A program made the position numbers and the translations under genes. DNA of 35,941 nucleotides from a virus (Duplodnaviria > Caudoviricetes), in IMG/VR virus record IMGVR_UViG_3300026016_000021, positions 1 to 35,941 of that record. The stretch is one strand, 5' to 3'. The notes beneath the pieces are model-generated. The model saw only the letters and a program-made list of their open reading frames with translations, ran no database searches and was not told where the DNA came from. Every line of letters starts with the position of its first letter. The first letter of the stretch is position 1. Positions 33,455-35,941 of this stretch are shown here, piece by piece.

Positions 33455-35374
33455 TCAATCCTCGATCTCGCCGGCGGCCGCCTCTTCGCCGAGATAGCCC
33501 GCGATCGCCGCGGCTACCATCTGCATCACCTCACAATCCCAGTAATGGTTGGGGCGCCCCGCCGCCACCGGTAGCCAGCGCATCTTCTCCTTGCCGGTCC
33601 TGCGATCGATGATCGTGCGCTTGAATTCGGAGTTGAGTTGCCGGTCATACTCCTCTTCCTCCCGCTTCTCTTCCGCCGTTTGGGGGATCGGGTTCACCCA
33701 CCTCGGGGGCGCGGCCGACCCCTGCCGGATCCGGTGACCATCCCGGTGCCGCGCTAGGGCGTCCTTGGCCTGCTCGTTGGAAAAGCGGAAGTAAGGGCAG
33801 AGCGTGCCACCTCCGGGCGTCGGGCCGACCAGGCGGACGTCGCGGCGGCTGCGGCCAATGTGGGGATCGCCGAACTGCATTGGCGAATAAAGCCGGCGGA
33901 CCTTGACCGATTTCTTGTTCCGCCGCTCCAGGTGGAGATAATCGAACTCGTCCTCTCCGCGCAGGCCGATCCAGCAAAGCCACATCCGCCTGCTCCCAAT
34001 GACGCCCCAATGACCGAACCGCACGCAGCGGGCATACACGGCGCGGGTCTCGTAATTGGTGTCGACGAAGACGTTCTGGTCTTTGACCTTGAACTTCTCC
34101 TGCAGCTCCCGGACCTCCTCCCAGCTCTTGAGCCTGCCCCGAAAGACTCGCTGGCTCTGACCGTCGGCTTGGGCCCAATCGCGGATCACGACCCAGAACT
34201 CCCGAAAATCGACCTGGCAGTCGACGGTCATGAAGCGCCGCCAACCCTCGGTCGCCCCATCCTTGCTGACCTCATACCCTTCGGTGAGCGGCCGCCGGAT
34301 CTGGCCGACCGACGGCGAGTAGAAGCTCGCCATGTATTTCTGCCAGAACTTGATTGTGGCCGCCGGCATGCCGCGGCGATTGAGATTGCGGGCGGCCAGG
34401 TATCGGCTCACCAACTCCGCGAGACTCCGATCGATGATCGCCGGCCAGTGGAAGCTCTTCTTGGTGGGATGCCGCTCGCCGACCACCTGGTATTTGCCCG
34501 TGCGATTCCATTCGGCCCGCGTCTTCTCATTATCCAGGTGAGGATGTCCGCAGCGCGCGCATTCATAGCGCACGGAGGACAGGCATCTGGGGACATCCCA
34601 GTCACCGGTGTCCCGGCGATGGAGATCCCAAAGCACACCATAGCGGGAGCCGTCGTCGCGCCAGCCGGCCCAAACGGGGACCTGGTGCGTGTCGCACTTG
34701 GCGCATTGGATCGACCACTCGTTGAGTTCGCCGGCGCGATACTGCTCGTGCCACTCATCGCCATCGGTGCCGGCCTGCGAGAGGCAAAGGAACTTGCTCA
34801 GCTCGAGTTTCAGGTAATCGTCGAGCCGCGCCTTTGCCTCGGCCAGGACTCCGGATTTGTAGCGCCAAACCTCATCCAGAATGATCCAGCGCATCGCCTT
34901 GCTCTGGAGATTGTCCATCGCCTGGCCGCGGAAGAAGACGGACATAAAACCGAAAAGAATTTCGGTCGTGCGATCCTTGTTTCTGGCCGGCAGCAGATGC
35001 CGCACGTTCTCGACTGATCGGAGGATCGGAAAGGCCCGCTCCTCGGCATGCTCCCGCGCCAGCCGATCGATCGAGAACACCCAGAGCATTGGACCCGGAT
35101 CATGCTGCACAATCCAGGGAAGCGAGATGTCGCCCAAGAGAGATTTTCCGCCTCGAGTCGGAGCGCAAACGTTCACCTCCCGGATCCTCGGATCGGCGAT
35201 CGCGTCGAACGGAGCCAGCAGATGTCGCGTATGGGCGGACGAAAACGGACCGGTCGGGATGAATGGATATGACAGGTCGATATGCCGCTCAGCCCAGTCA
35301 TAGATCGCCTCGCGATCAAAGAGGGCGAACGCCCGCTCCCAACCGGACCGCAACGATTTGATCCCCGGTTTCAT
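33455..35374 (-). CDS. terL: Terminase large subunit, lambda GpA family
   Basis: YDWAERHI, Walker A APTRGGKS, Walker B WIILDE, CxxC pairs, MTVDCQ nuclease motif and NHYWDCE. Confidence 0.93.
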   Translation of the reverse strand: MKPGIKSLRSGWERAFALFDREAIYDWAERHIDLSYPFIPTGPFSSAHTRHLLAPFDAIADPRIREVNVCAPTRGGKSLLGDISLPWIVQHDPGPMLWVFSIDRLAREHAEERAFPILRSVENVRHLLPARNKDRTTEILFGFMSVFFRGQAMDNLQSKAMRWIILDEVWRYKSGVLAEAKARLDDYLKLELSKFLCLSQAGTDGDEWHEQYRAGELNEWSIQCAKCDTHQVPVWAGWRDDGSRYGVLWDLHRRDTGDWDVPRCLSSVRYECARCGHPHLDNEKTRAEWNRTGKYQVVGERHPTKKSFHWPAIIDRSLAELVSRYLAARNLNRRGMPAATIKFWQKYMASFYSPSVGQIRRPLTEGYEVSKDGATEGWRRFMTVDCQVDFREFWVVIRDWAQADGQSQRVFRGRLKSWEEVRELQEKFKVKDQNVFVDTNYETRAVYARCVRFGHWGVIGSRRMWLCWIGLRGEDEFDYLHLERRNKKSVKVRRLYSPMQFGDPHIGRSRRDVRLVGPTPGGGTLCPYFRFSNEQAKDALARHRDGHRIRQGSAAPPRWVNPIPQTAEEKREEEEYDRQLNSEFKRTIIDRRTGKEKMRWLPVAAGRPNHYWDCEVMQMVAAAIAGYLGEEAAAGEIED

Positions 35375-35913
35375 TCCGGCAGGTCCGCTGAGAAGGAGGC
35401 CCACTCTTTGAGGATCTGATCGACGAGACGGCTGCCGTAGATTCTGGCCTGGCCGACATCCAAGCCGGCGACCGCCGAGGGATATTCGACGCGCAGCTTC
35501 TGGTCGAGAAGCGCCCGCACCTTTGCCCCGATCCGGCCGATCGCGGCGGAGACCTCAGCCCTGGTGATGAGGAGTTCATCGGCAGCATCGTTGAGCCGCT
35601 TCTTCTCGCGGACTTCCTGGCGAATCTTTTCGAGCTCCAGCTCCGCCCGCGGCGAAATCTCGGCCTTCTTCCCCGTCGCCGACGACGGCGGATGCGCGGC
35701 GAGCCAGGCAAACAACTCCCCTCCATGCACGCGGCCGCCAGCGCGGAAAGCCGAACAACCGGCCGCGCGAGCGGCCCGCAATGTCGCCGGATCCAGCCCC
35801 AAAGCGCCCGCGGCGGCCTTGAGGCTGTCGTAGAGCCGGCTGACGTCCGAGGCCTTCTGAGGGGCTTTGGCGCGAGCGTGTGTGTGTGTGGGACGGGCCC
35901 GACGCTTAGGCAT
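35371..35913 (-). CDS. terS: Terminase small subunit (Nu1-like)
   Basis: N-terminal HTH (SLKAAAGALGLD) and coiled coil (ELITRAEV); ATGA overlap with terL; next to the terminal repeat. Confidence 0.8.
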   Translation of the reverse strand: MPKRRARPTHTHARAKAPQKASDVSRLYDSLKAAAGALGLDPATLRAARAAGCSAFRAGGRVHGGELFAWLAAHPPSSATGKKAEISPRAELELEKIRQEVREKKRLNDAADELLITRAEVSAAIGRIGAKVRALLDQKLRVEYPSAVAGLDVGQARIYGSRLVDQILKEWASFSADLPE

Positions 35914-35927
35914 GGTCAACCACCGCG

Positions 35928-35941
35928 CCTCGGGCGATACC
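35928..35941. repeat. Terminal 14-bp direct repeat, right copy
   Basis: Identical to 1-14. Confidence 0.75.

Larger units (their letters stand above)
1..35941. mobile_element. Complete temperate tailed phage genome (siphovirus-like, lambda-type cos packaging), non-integrated form
   Basis: Terminase, portal, protease, capsid, tail, tape measure, integrase, intact attP and replication module all present; identical 14-bp ends; no flanking host genes. Confidence 0.93.

Noticed and set aside
29996-35017. Long overlapping or antisense ORFs (for example 29996-30979, 31279-32466, 33860-35017; also 12980-14305 and 4743-5789)
   Set aside because: Shadow frames of high-GC genes with no recognisable motifs
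2457-35203. At least 14 GCGATCGC (HIP1-like) octamers seen by eye
   Set aside because: Plausibly explained by Ala-Ile-Ala codon usage in a high-GC genome; a codon-aware null model would be needed to claim enrichment
35878-35890. (GT)6 microsatellite in the terS 5' end as a phase-variation switch
   Set aside because: Short, in frame, and no heterogeneity evidence from a single sequence

Overview
The window looks like a complete ~35.9-kb temperate tailed-phage genome. The host is probably a Verrucomicrobiota bacterium, inferred from the integrase motif variants and the Thr-Asn-rich exported proteins. The same 14 bp (CCTCGGGCGATACC) sits at both ends in a lambda cos-like context. Two late arms read inward from the ends. 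The left arm (+) carries scaffold, major capsid, neck, tail tube, tape measure, tail tip, fibres and holin-like genes. The right arm (-) carries terS, a GpA-type terL, a gpW-like adaptor, portal, an S49 protease and a J-domain protein. The centre holds an early operon (Xis, a truncated C5 methyltransferase, DUF4031-, DUF5131- and DUF6745-like genes, and an initiator with internal iterons). It also holds a switch made of two divergent paralogous ribbon-helix-helix genes, a tyrosine integrase and a tmRNA-targeting attP. The most unusual signal is that seven genes in the virion operons, including the apparent fibre/receptor-binding genes, encode signal peptides and mostly Thr-Asn-rich mature chains, while no endolysin is recognisable. 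This suggests an exported, possibly host-modified virion-decoration step. A (T/A)(T/A)GACT box lies 21-26 nt before eight start codons. All family names come from motif recognition by eye; no database searches were run.
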